The notes beneath the pieces were generated by a model, which saw nothing but the letters and a program-made list of their open reading frames with translations, made no database searches and was not told where the DNA came from. Made by a program: the position numbers and the translations under genes. From Thermodesulfobacteriota bacterium (GTDB lineage: Bacteria; Desulfobacterota; Desulfobulbia; Desulfobulbales; JBFMBH01): a stretch of DNA of 64,000 bases. The stretch is taken from positions 1,290 to 65,289 of the forward strand of contig JBFMBH010000006.1 of assembly GCA_040755095.1 (NCBI GenBank), read 5' to 3'. Every line of letters starts with the position of its first letter. Position 1 is the stretch's first letter. Below are positions 1-8,841 of the stretch, in pieces.

Positions 1-3000
1 AGCGGCCATGGGCCTCGACATCCAGGGAGCGCCAAACCAGGAGCTCCTTTCTGAGGGCATGCAGGAAGGCCCGGTTCATCCGGAGCCAGACATTGGCCTC
101 CCCGGCCTCCCGCACCAGCCGCACCCGGATCTCCAGATAGCCTTCCGCCTCCGCCGCCGGGCAGAACTGCACGTCCACCCGCTGCATGATCCCGAAATCG
201 AACGGCGCCAGCCACACCCGGGCATGGAGGTGCAGGCAGGCCGGGTGCGGGCAGGTGGCCCGGACACAGGCCGCGCCCGGCTCGGCGCTCAGGCGCTCCG
301 GACAGATCTGGGTGATCTCCAGCTCGCCGGTGGAAAAAAGGCCGTGGGAGACGTCCCGGTGGGCCATGAGATAGGAATAGATGAAGCCGCCGATGCTCTC
401 ATGCTCGGCCAGGCGCATGAGAAACGGCAGGGTGATGGCCAGCTCGTTGCCGGTCACCGGCGGCAGGGACCAGGCCCGGTTGACGTCCGGGATGGCGATG
501 GCCGCCGCCACCCGGGCAGGATAGAGCGCCGAGACCAGAACCACTGCCATCACCAGCAGCATGGCCGCCACCCCGGACAGGGAGGAGTAGTTGACCGTGA
601 TGCCGGCCCACAGCGGGGTGCCGGCAAAGAGCCGGGCCGAGGTCTGGGCCAGGAGATAGCCGATCACCACACTCAGGATTGCCAGGGCCAGGGCCTCGGC
701 GATGAAGAGAAAGCCGACATGGGAGGGCGCCAGCCCCACCGAGGTGTAGATGCCGATCTCCCGGCGCCGTTCGAACACCGAGCTGATCATGGTGTTCAGG
801 ACGATGAAGATGGCAATGAGCACCGGCACCACGATATTGGGCACCCCGGAATAGCCCAGGGTGTCGCTGGCATGGTAGAGGAAGGTGCCCTGGGGCTCGC
901 CGGTGAACAGGGCGAGGCCGAAGCGGTCGGCCATCTCGTGGGCCAGGGCCGCCAGGTCGGTGCCGTCCGGCGGCCGGGCGGCCAGGCCCTTGAGATGACC
1001 GCCGGCCGCCAGCAGGAAGCCGGCGCTGGCGATCACCGTCTCCTCGGCCGGCACATGCTGGCAGCGGCTGTGGAAGGCCCGGACCTCCTCTCCGGACTCC
1101 AGGGCCTCCATCTCCGCCTCGGTCATCTCCATGGCCGCCTCGCCGGGGAAGATGACCGGGGTCAGGCTCTCACCGTCCAGGTCCGGCCGCCTCTCCAGCA
1201 GCTCCGGGGCGAAGCAGCCCACCACCCGGAAGGGCCGGCCCCACATCTCCACCGGAGCCGCCTGGGGCTCGGCGGGGTCGATGCCCAGGGCCTGGGCCAG
1301 GGGGGCCGGCAGAAGGAGGGCATCCATCTCCCCCTCCTTGAGCCAACGGCCGCCCACCAGGGTCCGATCGAGGCCGGTGACCCGGGGCTCGCTGGCCGCC
1401 AGGCCCAGGAGACCCTGGGCCTCCACCTGGGCCGATCCGTGCCGCACCGGGAAGCGCAGCGCCCGGCTGGGGTCGTCGTCCTCCAGCCAGACCCGGGGAC
1501 CCACCCGCTCCCGGCCGCCGAAGAAGGCCGCCAGCTGGTCGGCAGCCTGCGGCGGCAGGCTCTGCCAGGAGACGTTCTTCACCAGCAGGCCCTGGTAGCC
1601 GGCCTCCGGAGCAAAGCGGAGCCGGGCGTGGTGGCGGATCCCCTTCACCGTGGTGAAGCTCATGATGGTGAAGGTGAGGATCACCAGGGTGGTGCAGGTC
1701 AGCGCCGTGCGCAGCCGCCGGCGCCGCAGGTTGCTGACCCCGAGAAGAAGGGCGGCCAGCATCGCCTTGCCGCGGCTGATCTCCGTGGCCAGCTGATGCC
1801 GGGCCCGGCGCTGCAGGCCGGCCATCTCGGTCTCGAAGCGGGCGACGATGATGGCGGTGACCAGGAGGGAGAGCCCAAGGATGAAGAAGGCGCCGATCAC
1901 GACCAGGGGGCTGTAGGCCAGCTGGAAGGCCGGATGCACCCGGTAGACCAGGGCGATGAGGGCCACCAGGATGCCGGTAAAGGCGAGGATGCGGCGGTGG
2001 ATGTCCACCGCGGCCACGGTCAGGCGCTCCAGGCAGAAGGCGAAGGGGGCAAACAAGGCGATGTAGAACAGCACGCCGAAGAGCACATCCCGACCGGTGC
2101 TGTCCACCTGGTCGTAAACCCGGCTGGCCAGGGCCAGGGAGCGGTTGCTGGCCGCCACAAAGCCGGAATAGCTGCTGGCCGACAGCGCCGCCATGGCCTG
2201 GGCCAGGGCCTCCCGGCCGCTGGCGCGCAGGTTGCGGATCCGCTCGTCCACCACCCCCCGCTCCTCCAGGGCGTCGATGCGGGGGCCCAGAAGATGCCAC
2301 ATGTCGGAGGCGGCCCGGAAGGCGGTGTAGTAGACCACCGGCCAGTCGTCCACCAGGTAGCCGCGGCCCTCGGGATGCTCCCGGTCGCTGTTCAGGAGGA
2401 TCATCTTCTTGCGCAGGATGGTGTCCGACAGGGTGAGCTTCAACGGGGTGCCCGGCTCCAGAAAGATCGAGGCGACGGTGGAGACCCGGGTGTCGATGCG
2501 GCTGTACCAGTAGCGGACCGGCAGGGTCTCCCGGCGGCCGTCGATGAGCTCGATCTTGGTCAGCGGCCGGAGGGTGCGGGGCTCCAGGAGATCGAAGAGG
2601 GTGAGCTGGCGGCAGGCGAACATGACGAGGTCGGTCTCCATCTGCCGCCGCTGCATCTTCACCCGGTAGGCGTCCTTGCCGGTGCGCTTCTTGTCCACCG
2701 CCCACAGGGTCTCGCCGGTGGCCGGATCGAAGCGGTAGGCCTCCAGGATCACCTTGTCCAGCACATGGCGCTTGTCGGCCACCCCCAGGAGCTCGAAGCC
2801 GCCCCGGGCATCCACCATGGCATGGAAGCGGGCTGGCCCCTGGAAGGCCAGGACCACGGTGCCCGGTGCCGGCTGGTCGGCAAAGAGCTCGCCATGACGC
2901 AGGAACTTGGCCCGGCCCCGCAGCACGGAAAAGCCGTTCGGCGGCGGCTCGCCGGCGGCCAGGCTCGGCGCTGCCGCCAGACCGGTCACCAGGTCGTGCA

Positions 3001-4759
3001 CCAGTCGGGCCTGGTGGCGGGCCCGCTCCCAGTCCACGCCTTGCGGCAGGTCATAGGGGGTGCCCCAGGCCGAACGGCCGTCATGGACCGTGGCCAGGGT
3101 CAGGCCGCGCAGGCCGGCCAGGGCGCTCACCTCGCCGGCCAGGGCCGGCCGGTCCAGGAAATGGCTCTGCCAGGAACGGCTCTGGCTGGGCCGCAGGGTG
3201 TCCCGGTAGAGATCCCCGGCCGGGGAGCCGGCGGCAGCGGCGGCCAGGGCCCGATCCACCAGGCTGTAGGCCGGGGTGCGGTTGACCTGAGGCTTCAAGG
3301 CATAGAGAAAGCCGGAGTGGAAGGCCCCTAAGCCCTGGCCGTGGCTGGACAGATGCAAGGAGACCGCGGCCGCGATCTCGAATTCCCCGACCTGGCGGCG
3401 CAGGCTGGCTGCCGCCTTGAGCAGGCGGGCCTCCCGGCGGCTGGCGGCCAGGAGCCCCTGGCTGTCCTCCTTCGCCCGGGGCACCAGCCAGGCCAGCAGG
3501 GCCTTCTCCTCTGCCGGCAGCCCGCCCCAGGAGCTGCGCCAGCCCAGCCGCCGCAGGACGAGACGCTGGCCGGCCAGGGCCTCGATGCGGGCCCGCCGCT
3601 CCGGACCGGCCTCTTCCATGCGCAGGCGCATGAGTTGGCCGGACAAATCATCCACCTCGGTCTTGATCCGCTCGGCCACCGCCAGCCGCACCGCCAGCGG
3701 TGCCTGCTCCGGCGCATCGGCGGCCTGCGCCAGGCCGGCCAGCACCGCCTCCTGCTCGTCGCTCGCCGCCTGCAGCTCCTTCTGCCGGTCCCGCAGCTCC
3801 TTGGCCCTGAGGCTTACCGCCCAGACCAGCTGGCGCATGCCGGCCTGGGCCTGGGCGTGACCGGCGGAGGCCACCAGCAGGACCGAGCGGGCCGGAGGGG
3901 CGGCGACCAGCCGCCGGGCCGAGGCCAAGAGGGTGGCGATGCCCAGGGCCTCGTCCGCCCCAGGGGAGGCGCCCAGCACCGTGGCGGTGCTGTCGTAGAA
4001 CGTTTCCAGGATCAGAAGCTCACCGGCCAGCCTGGGGTCAGCGCCGGGGACGAGGGCATAGAGGCTGTCGGCCTCCACCTCCTGCCAGGCCACCGAGGCG
4101 GTCAGCCGCGCCTGGCCGGCCAGGATTCCGTCGGATCGCGCCCCGGGCTCGCCCAGGGCGCCGAGGGCCGCCACCGGCAGCCAGAAGCGGGGAAAGGTCA
4201 GGGGGGAGAGCTCCAGCTTGTCGGCCAGGAGGAGGCGGTCGGTGTTGCTCCGGTCGAGATAGATCACCGCCAGGGCGCCCAGGGAGGCGACGGTGAGCCA
4301 GGCGTTGCCGGAATCCAGCTCCAGAAGGACGATGGCGCCGGCCACCGGCCTGCCATCCAGGTCGGCCAACTCGCCGCGGCCGCCGTAGACCAGGGGTCCG
4401 GCCAGGCCGGCCGCCGGCATGCTGCCCGGCGCGATGGCGTTGGCCGCCAGCGGCTGCACCGGGATGGTCAGGCCCGCCGCGGCCACGGTGAGCCGGGCAG
4501 GGCCGGCCCGCAGCACCGGCAAGGCCATGGGCAGACGGGCCGGATGAAGGCCCAGGTCCCGCAGCTCCGCCTCCAGCAGATCGGCCGCCTCGCCGGCGCC
4601 GGGGCTGCCGGTGCTGCGGTCGCCCAGGGCCGCCAGCTCCTCCACCACCCGCACCAGCGGGTCGTTCGCGGCCCAGGCCACCTCGACGGCCGGCGCCGCT
4701 CCCAGACTCGCCACCAGCAGCCCGACTGCGACCACGAAGCCGGGGCGCCAGTCAGCCAT
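1..4759 (-). CDS. Giant membrane protein, 3' end beyond window (>=1586 codons, first full codon 2-4). Signal peptide, then a PA/M28-peptidase-like domain with degenerate metal ligands, a coiled-coil/large periplasmic region, a 4-TM block, a MacB/FtsX-type permease module and a Cys-containing C-terminal domain
   Basis: Hand translation of the minus strand from ATG 4759..4757, which overlaps the ATPase stop (ATGGCTGA). The frame stays open to position 2. It is in codon register with the +strand shadow ORFs 8..3331 and 3341..4858. N-terminus MADWRPGFVVAVGLLVASLGAAPAVEVAWAAN; FtsX motif ERRREIGIYTSVGLAPSHVGFLFIAEALALAILSVVIGYLLA; MacB-like TM1 LRRRRLRTALTCTTLVILTFTIMSF. Absent from the ORF track because there is no in-window stop. 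Confidence 0.75.
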   Translation of the reverse strand, partial: MADWRPGFVVAVGLLVASLGAAPAVEVAWAANDPLVRVVEELAALGDRSTGSPGAGEAADLLEAELRDLGLHPARLPMALPVLRAGPARLTVAAAGLTIPVQPLAANAIAPGSMPAAGLAGPLVYGGRGELADLDGRPVAGAIVLLELDSGNAWLTVASLGALAVIYLDRSNTDRLLLADKLELSPLTFPRFWLPVAALGALGEPGARSDGILAGQARLTASVAWQEVEADSLYALVPGADPRLAGELLILETFYDSTATVLGASPGADEALGIATLLASARRLVAAPPARSVLLVASAGHAQAQAGMRQLVWAVSLRAKELRDRQKELQAASDEQEAVLAGLAQAADAPEQAPLAVRLAVAERIKTEVDDLSGQLMRLRMEEAGPERRARIEALAGQRLVLRRLGWRSSWGGLPAEEKALLAWLVPRAKEDSQGLLAASRREARLLKAAASLRRQVGEFEIAAAVSLHLSSHGQGLGAFHSGFLYALKPQVNRTPAYSLVDRALAAAAAGSPAGDLYRDTLRPSQSRSWQSHFLDRPALAGEVSALAGLRGLTLATVHDGRSAWGTPYDLPQGVDWERARHQARLVHDLVTGLAAAPSLAAGEPPPNGFSVLRGRAKFLRHGELFADQPAPGTVVLAFQGPARFHAMVDARGGFELLGVADKRHVLDKVILEAYRFDPATGETLWAVDKKRTGKDAYRVKMQRRQMETDLVMFACRQLTLFDLLEPRTLRPLTKIELIDGRRETLPVRYWYSRIDTRVSTVASIFLEPGTPLKLTLSDTILRKKMILLNSDREHPEGRGYLVDDWPVVYYTAFRAASDMWHLLGPRIDALEERGVVDERIRNLRASGREALAQAMAALSASSYSGFVAASNRSLALASRVYDQVDSTGRDVLFGVLFYIALFAPFAFCLERLTVAAVDIHRRILAFTGILVALIALVYRVHPAFQLAYSPLVVIGAFFILGLSLLVTAIIVARFETEMAGLQRRARHQLATEISRGKAMLAALLLGVSNLRRRRLRTALTCTTLVILTFTIMSFTTVKGIRHHARLRFAPEAGYQGLLVKNVSWQSLPPQAADQLAAFFGGRERVGPRVWLEDDDPSRALRFPVRHGSAQVEAQGLLGLAASEPRVTGLDRTLVGGRWLKEGEMDALLLPAPLAQALGIDPAEPQAAPVEMWGRPFRVVGCFAPELLERRPDLDGESLTPVIFPGEAAMEMTEAEMEALESGEEVRAFHSRCQHVPAEETVIASAGFLLAAGGHLKGLAARPPDGTDLAALAHEMADRFGLALFTGEPQGTFLYHASDTLGYSGVPNIVVPVLIAIFIVLNTMISSVFERRREIGIYTSVGLAPSHVGFLFIAEALALAILSVVIGYLLAQTSARLFAGTPLWAGITVNYSSLSGVAAMLLVMAVVLVSALYPARVAAAIAIPDVNRAWSLPPVTGNELAITLPFLMRLAEHESIGGFIYSYLMAHRDVSHGLFSTGELEITQICPERLSAEPGAACVRATCPHPACLHLHARVWLAPFDFGIMQRVDVQFCPAAEAEGYLEIRVRLVREAGEANVWLRMNRAFLHALRKELLVWRSLDVEAHGR

Positions 4760-5489
4760 GGGCCGCGATCCCACCCACCGAGATGGACAGCTCCTCCCGG
4801 TCGCCGATGCGCTCGATGCGGCCGTCCCGGATCCAGACCACCTGATCCGAGACATTGAGCATCTTGATGTCATGGGTGGCGGAGATGATGGTCACCCCCC
4901 GCTCCTGGGACAGGCTCTTGAGCAGGGCGATGATCTCCTCGCCGGTGGCGAGATCCAGGTTGCCGGTGGGCTCGTCGGCCAGGATGATGGCCGGATCGTT
5001 GGCCAGGGAGCGGGCCACCGCCACCCGCTGCTGCTGGCCGCCGGACAGCTCCGAGGGCTTGTGACGGAAGCGCTCGCCCAGGCCGACCAGCCCAAGGAGG
5101 CCAAGGCCCTTGTCCACGGCGGCGTCGTTGGCCATGCCGGCAAAGACCATGGGCAGGGTGACGTTCTCCAGGGCGGTCATCACCGGAATCAGGTTGAAGG
5201 TCTGGAAGATGTAGCCGATCTTCCGGCAGCGCAGCCAGGCCAGCTCGTAGGCATCCAACTGGGCGATGTCCACCTCGTCGATGAACACCTTGCCGGTCGT
5301 GGGCTTGTCCAGGCCGCCGATCATGTTGAAAAGCGTGCTCTTGCCCGAGCCGGAGGGCCCCATGATGGAGATGTAACGGCCGGCGGCGATGGTGAGGTCG
5401 ACGCCCTTCAAGGCCTGGACCTCGGTGCCGCCCATGGCAAAGGTCTTGGTGACCCCGGCGACCCGGACAATGGCGTGACCGCTCGTCAT
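4752..5489 (-). CDS. ABC transporter ATP-binding protein, MacB/LolD-like
   Basis: ORF 4752..5849(-) trimmed to ATG 5489 (MTSGHAIVRV...). Walker A GPSGSGKST, signature LSGGQQQR, Walker B ILADEPT. Confidence 0.93.
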   Translation of the reverse strand: MTSGHAIVRVAGVTKTFAMGGTEVQALKGVDLTIAAGRYISIMGPSGSGKSTLFNMIGGLDKPTTGKVFIDEVDIAQLDAYELAWLRCRKIGYIFQTFNLIPVMTALENVTLPMVFAGMANDAAVDKGLGLLGLVGLGERFRHKPSELSGGQQQRVAVARSLANDPAIILADEPTGNLDLATGEEIIALLKSLSQERGVTIISATHDIKMLNVSDQVVWIRDGRIERIGDREELSISVGGIAAHG

Positions 5490-5557
5490 GACCGTGCCCC
5501 GGCGCTCCGCTCCCTGTTGTCCATCAGGTCCATAGCGTCCTCCTCCATCCCGCAGCA

Positions 5558-6259
5558 TCACGGCTCGACGCGCATGGCTTCCACCGGCTGCATCCGGGCC
5601 GCCACCAGCGCCGGGTAGACGACCCCCAGGAGGCTTAAGCCACAGCCCACCGCCGTGGCCCGGCCCGCGGTGGCCAGAAGCGCTGGCCAGACGGAGCCCG
5701 CCAGAACCGCCGGTCCGAACCGGACCCAGGCGGTGAGGAAAGCGGCGAGCACCCCGATGAGGGCGCCGGCCGCCGCGCCAGCCAGGCCTTGCATGCCAGC
5801 CTCCAGAAAGAAGAGCCGGACCACGAAGCGATCCAGGGCGCCCAGGCATTTCATGGTGCCGATCTCCCGGAAGCGCTCGGTGACCGCCATGAGCTGGGCA
5901 TTGACGATCCCCACCGTGCAGACCAGGAGGGAGAGGATGACGATCCAGCGCTCCTTGGCGCTGCTGCCGATGCTGGCCTGGCCCGGCGCCAGATCGTGGC
6001 CGGCCCGGATCAGGGCCTCCCGCAGGCCTTCGTCACCGGTGGCCAGCAGGCCGTTGGCCAGCTCGATGCTGCTCTGGACAAAGGCCAGAAAAGCCACCGC
6101 TGCCACCAGGGTCAGGGTGGTGATGAGAGAGCGCAGGAAACGGACCCGGATGCTCTGGAAGGCGATGAGCACCGACTTGGCGAGGGGCAGCCGCACCTGC
6201 CGGCCGGCAGCATGCGTCGGGACAGAAGCAGGGTCGGAAGACGACAGGGTACGGGTCAT
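5558..6259 (-). CDS. Minimal FtsX-family ABC permease (233 aa, short periplasmic loop)
   Basis: TM1 LITTLTLVAAVAFLAFV, a ~60-aa loop, then a 3-TM FtsX core with ERFREIGTMKCLGA motif. Confidence 0.85.
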   Translation of the reverse strand: MTRTLSSSDPASVPTHAAGRQVRLPLAKSVLIAFQSIRVRFLRSLITTLTLVAAVAFLAFVQSSIELANGLLATGDEGLREALIRAGHDLAPGQASIGSSAKERWIVILSLLVCTVGIVNAQLMAVTERFREIGTMKCLGALDRFVVRLFFLEAGMQGLAGAAAGALIGVLAAFLTAWVRFGPAVLAGSVWPALLATAGRATAVGCGLSLLGVVYPALVAARMQPVEAMRVEP

Positions 6260-6272
6260 GGCACAGGAGATT

Positions 6273-7091
6273 CTATACTGGTGCGGTGGGGCTTGTCCAA
6301 CCCTCTGGCAGCAGATGACCGAAATGCACCAGCCGCACCCCTGGCAGGCGTGCCAACCCGGCCAGGAGCGCGTCCAGGAAGACGAAGGCCGCCTGGTTCA
6401 TCCGCTGGTGGTGGATCATGATGCCGCAGCGGTCGGCGGCCAGCCCCTGGGCCAGCTCTTCCAGGAGAATGGCCGCCGCGGCTGCCGGCTCGGACTGCCG
6501 GCGGGTGTGCAGATCCACCCGTACCGGCAGCTCGGTCACGCCCGGCTGCGCCGGCGGCAGGGCGCCTTGCCAGCGGGAGAGCACCGGCAGGCCCAGCCCC
6601 GGCAGCAGGGCCAGGGCCGTTTCACTCATGCGGTTCCAGGGCGGCGTGAACGCCGGGAAGAAGGCCTCACCCAGGATCCCGGCCAGCCGCTGCCGGCCCT
6701 TGGCCAGATCGGCGCGCAGCTTTGCCTCCGGCCGGGCGGCGCCAAACTCCTCCTTGCGGCCCGCGGGCTGGTGGTTGCGGTGGCGCCAGCCGTGCTGGTG
6801 CCAGCACCACAGATCCGGATCGACGCCGGCGACCAGGGCCCGGATCTCCTGCCAGCGCCGGCTGGTGAGCCAGGCCGGCACCACCGCCAGGGCCAGGGGC
6901 ACGTGATGCCCGGCGAAGGTGGCCAGGAGCCGGGCCAGGTTGCGGCCCGGCACACCGATATCGTCGGCCCGGAAAAAGACCGCCACCGGCGCTGCCGCCG
7001 GCCGGCGGGCCACCGCAGCCAGCAGGGCCTGCAAGCGGGGCAGGAGGTCGGCAGGCGGCGCCTGCCACAGGGGCACGGGGGGCCGGGTCAT
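6273..7091 (-). CDS. Polysaccharide deacetylase-like / DUF2334-like protein
   Basis: 272-aa ORF. ATGA overlap with the upstream GT. Motifs FRADDIG, WHQHGWRH and TPPWNR resemble the NodB/deacetylase superfamily. Family assignment is from memory and not searched. Confidence 0.6.
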   Translation of the reverse strand: MTRPPVPLWQAPPADLLPRLQALLAAVARRPAAAPVAVFFRADDIGVPGRNLARLLATFAGHHVPLALAVVPAWLTSRRWQEIRALVAGVDPDLWCWHQHGWRHRNHQPAGRKEEFGAARPEAKLRADLAKGRQRLAGILGEAFFPAFTPPWNRMSETALALLPGLGLPVLSRWQGALPPAQPGVTELPVRVDLHTRRQSEPAAAAAILLEELAQGLAADRCGIMIHHQRMNQAAFVFLDALLAGLARLPGVRLVHFGHLLPEGWTSPTAPV

Positions 7092-8245
7092 GGCAGGCGT
7101 CCCTCCTGCACCAGCTGCCGCAACAAGGACGCGGTCCGGGCGGCGCCGTCCAGATCCACGGCCGGCGGGGCGGCGGCCCGCCGGCCCAGGGCCTGGGCCA
7201 TGCGACGGGCCAGAGGCGCCGGCTCCAGGTCCTCGTCCTCCAGAATGCCCAGGCCGGTCCTGGCGCCCAGCCGCTCGGCCCGTAGCCGCTGCTCCCGGTT
7301 CTGGTCAAAGGGCCACACCAGAGCCGGCACGCCGGTGGCCAGGATATTCATGGTCGTGTTGTAGCCGGCCATGCTCACCGACAGGTCGGCGGCCGCCAAG
7401 AGATCCAGGAACTGGTCGCTGAAGCGCTCCACCCGCAATCCCGGCCCGGCCTGGGCCTGGAGGGCTGCCAGGTCCGCCTCCGGCAGAAACGGGCCGCTCA
7501 GAACGAGGAGCAGACCCGGCCGTTGCAGCAGGGGCCAGGCCGCCGCCACCGCCCGCAGGAGGGGGCCGGCCACCGCGCCGCCGCCGCCGCTGGCCACGAC
7601 CAGGATGTCGCCGGCCGCAAGCCCCAGCTCCTGCCGCACGCGACCAAAAGCCCCAGCCCCCGGCCGCGGCGCCACGAAGCCGGTGTAGCGCACCGGCGGC
7701 CGGATGGCCCCCAGGCTGCCAAAGGTTTCCGCCAGGGACAGGACCGCCGGATCGGCGTGGACGAGCACGGCGTCGAAGAACCGGTTCAGGGTGGACACCA
7801 CCCGCTCCTCGTAGCCGGCGGTGTCCTTCTTCTCCACCAGCACGTCCCGCAGCGAGGAGACCACCCGGCAGGCAGGCAGACGGCCGTCCCGGATGCCAGC
7901 CAGAACCGGGTCGAGCTCCCGGCGGAAGGCCTTGCGGCCGAAAGGGTAGAGCTCCACCAGGAAGAGGTCGGGTGCCTCGGCGGCACAAAGGGCCAGGAGC
8001 GCCTCCTGCCGCTGGCGCCAGATGGCCTCCACCGGGGCGTCCTGGGCCTGGAAGCCGGTGAAGGCGGCGTCCATCATCAGGGCCGGCAGCCGGATCTCCC
8101 GGACATGGGCCGGCAAGCGCACCGGCACGGCGGCGCCGCCCGTGACCAGGAGTACATGCTCCCCCGCCAGGGCCTCGTCGATGGCCAGGCTGCGGAAGAG
8201 ATGCCCCATGCCCAGGACATGCTGGCAGTAGTGGAGGACCTTCAT
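7088..8245 (-). CDS. Glycosyltransferase, GT28-C-terminal/COG4671-like
   Basis: N-terminus MKVLHYCQHVLGMGHLFRS; C-terminus MAGYNTTMNILATGVPALVWP. Paralog of 11331..12521. Confidence 0.75.
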   Translation of the reverse strand: MKVLHYCQHVLGMGHLFRSLAIDEALAGEHVLLVTGGAAVPVRLPAHVREIRLPALMMDAAFTGFQAQDAPVEAIWRQRQEALLALCAAEAPDLFLVELYPFGRKAFRRELDPVLAGIRDGRLPACRVVSSLRDVLVEKKDTAGYEERVVSTLNRFFDAVLVHADPAVLSLAETFGSLGAIRPPVRYTGFVAPRPGAGAFGRVRQELGLAAGDILVVASGGGGAVAGPLLRAVAAAWPLLQRPGLLLVLSGPFLPEADLAALQAQAGPGLRVERFSDQFLDLLAAADLSVSMAGYNTTMNILATGVPALVWPFDQNREQRLRAERLGARTGLGILEDEDLEPAPLARRMAQALGRRAAAPPAVDLDGAARTASLLRQLVQEGRLP

Positions 8246-8841
8246 AACGGTTGGGCGTTGACCCTGGTGACAGCCAGCTGGCCGGCGGTCGCGGTCAGGA
8301 GATGGAGATGGCGCGGCGCCAGCGGTGAAGGCCGGCCAGCCACAAAGTCATGTCCGGTCAGCCGGTAGACAAGGCACTTCACCACCCCCTCGTGAGCGAC
8401 CACCAGGATCCGGCCGCCGGGCCGGGCCGCGGCAGCCGCCAGCAGGGCCTGGCGGCTGCGCTCCCAGACCTGGCCCCGGTCCTCGCCGCCGGGGGGCCGG
8501 AACCCCCAGCCGGCCGCCTCCTGGGCTGCCACCGCCTGCCGGTCCAGGTCGGCAAGGCGGCAGCCGGTCCAGGTCCCCCAGTCCTGCTCCCGCAGCCGGC
8601 CATCCACCAGGACCGGCAGGCCCAGCTGGTCGGCCAGCCCCAGGGCCGTGGCCCGGGCGCGCCCCAGATCGCTGGTCAGGACGCCCTGCCAGCCGTGGCC
8701 GGCCAGGGCTGCAGCCCAGCGGCTGATCTCGGCCTGGGCCCCGGAGGCCAAGGGGCTGTCGGCCTGGCCCTGGATGCGGCGCTCCTGGTTCCATACCGTG
8801 GTGGCGTGGCGCATGAGGCCAAAAAGGGTGGAATCCGTCAT
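8242..8841 (-). CDS. Histidine phosphatase family protein (phosphoglycerate-mutase-like)
   Basis: RHG-type motif LMRHATTVWN and a later HEGV motif. ATG 8841 forms an ATGA overlap with the GT1 stop. An alternative GTG lies at 8853. Confidence 0.8.
   Translation of the reverse strand: MTDSTLFGLMRHATTVWNQERRIQGQADSPLASGAQAEISRWAAALAGHGWQGVLTSDLGRARATALGLADQLGLPVLVDGRLREQDWGTWTGCRLADLDRQAVAAQEAAGWGFRPPGGEDRGQVWERSRQALLAAAAARPGGRILVVAHEGVVKCLVYRLTGHDFVAGRPSPLAPRHLHLLTATAGQLAVTRVNAQPL

Noticed and set aside
1170-2705. 511-aa minus-strand ORF
   Set aside because: It is out of frame relative to the protein-like minus-strand frame. The sequence is P/G/R-rich nonsense typical of an off-frame read in high-GC DNA.
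8-4858. Two very long plus-strand ORFs (8..3331, 1107 aa; 3341..4858, 505 aa)
   Set aside because: The translations are low-complexity and G/Q/H/D/R/P-rich, with no recognisable motifs. They are the in-register antisense shadow of the real minus-strand giant gene (1..4759).
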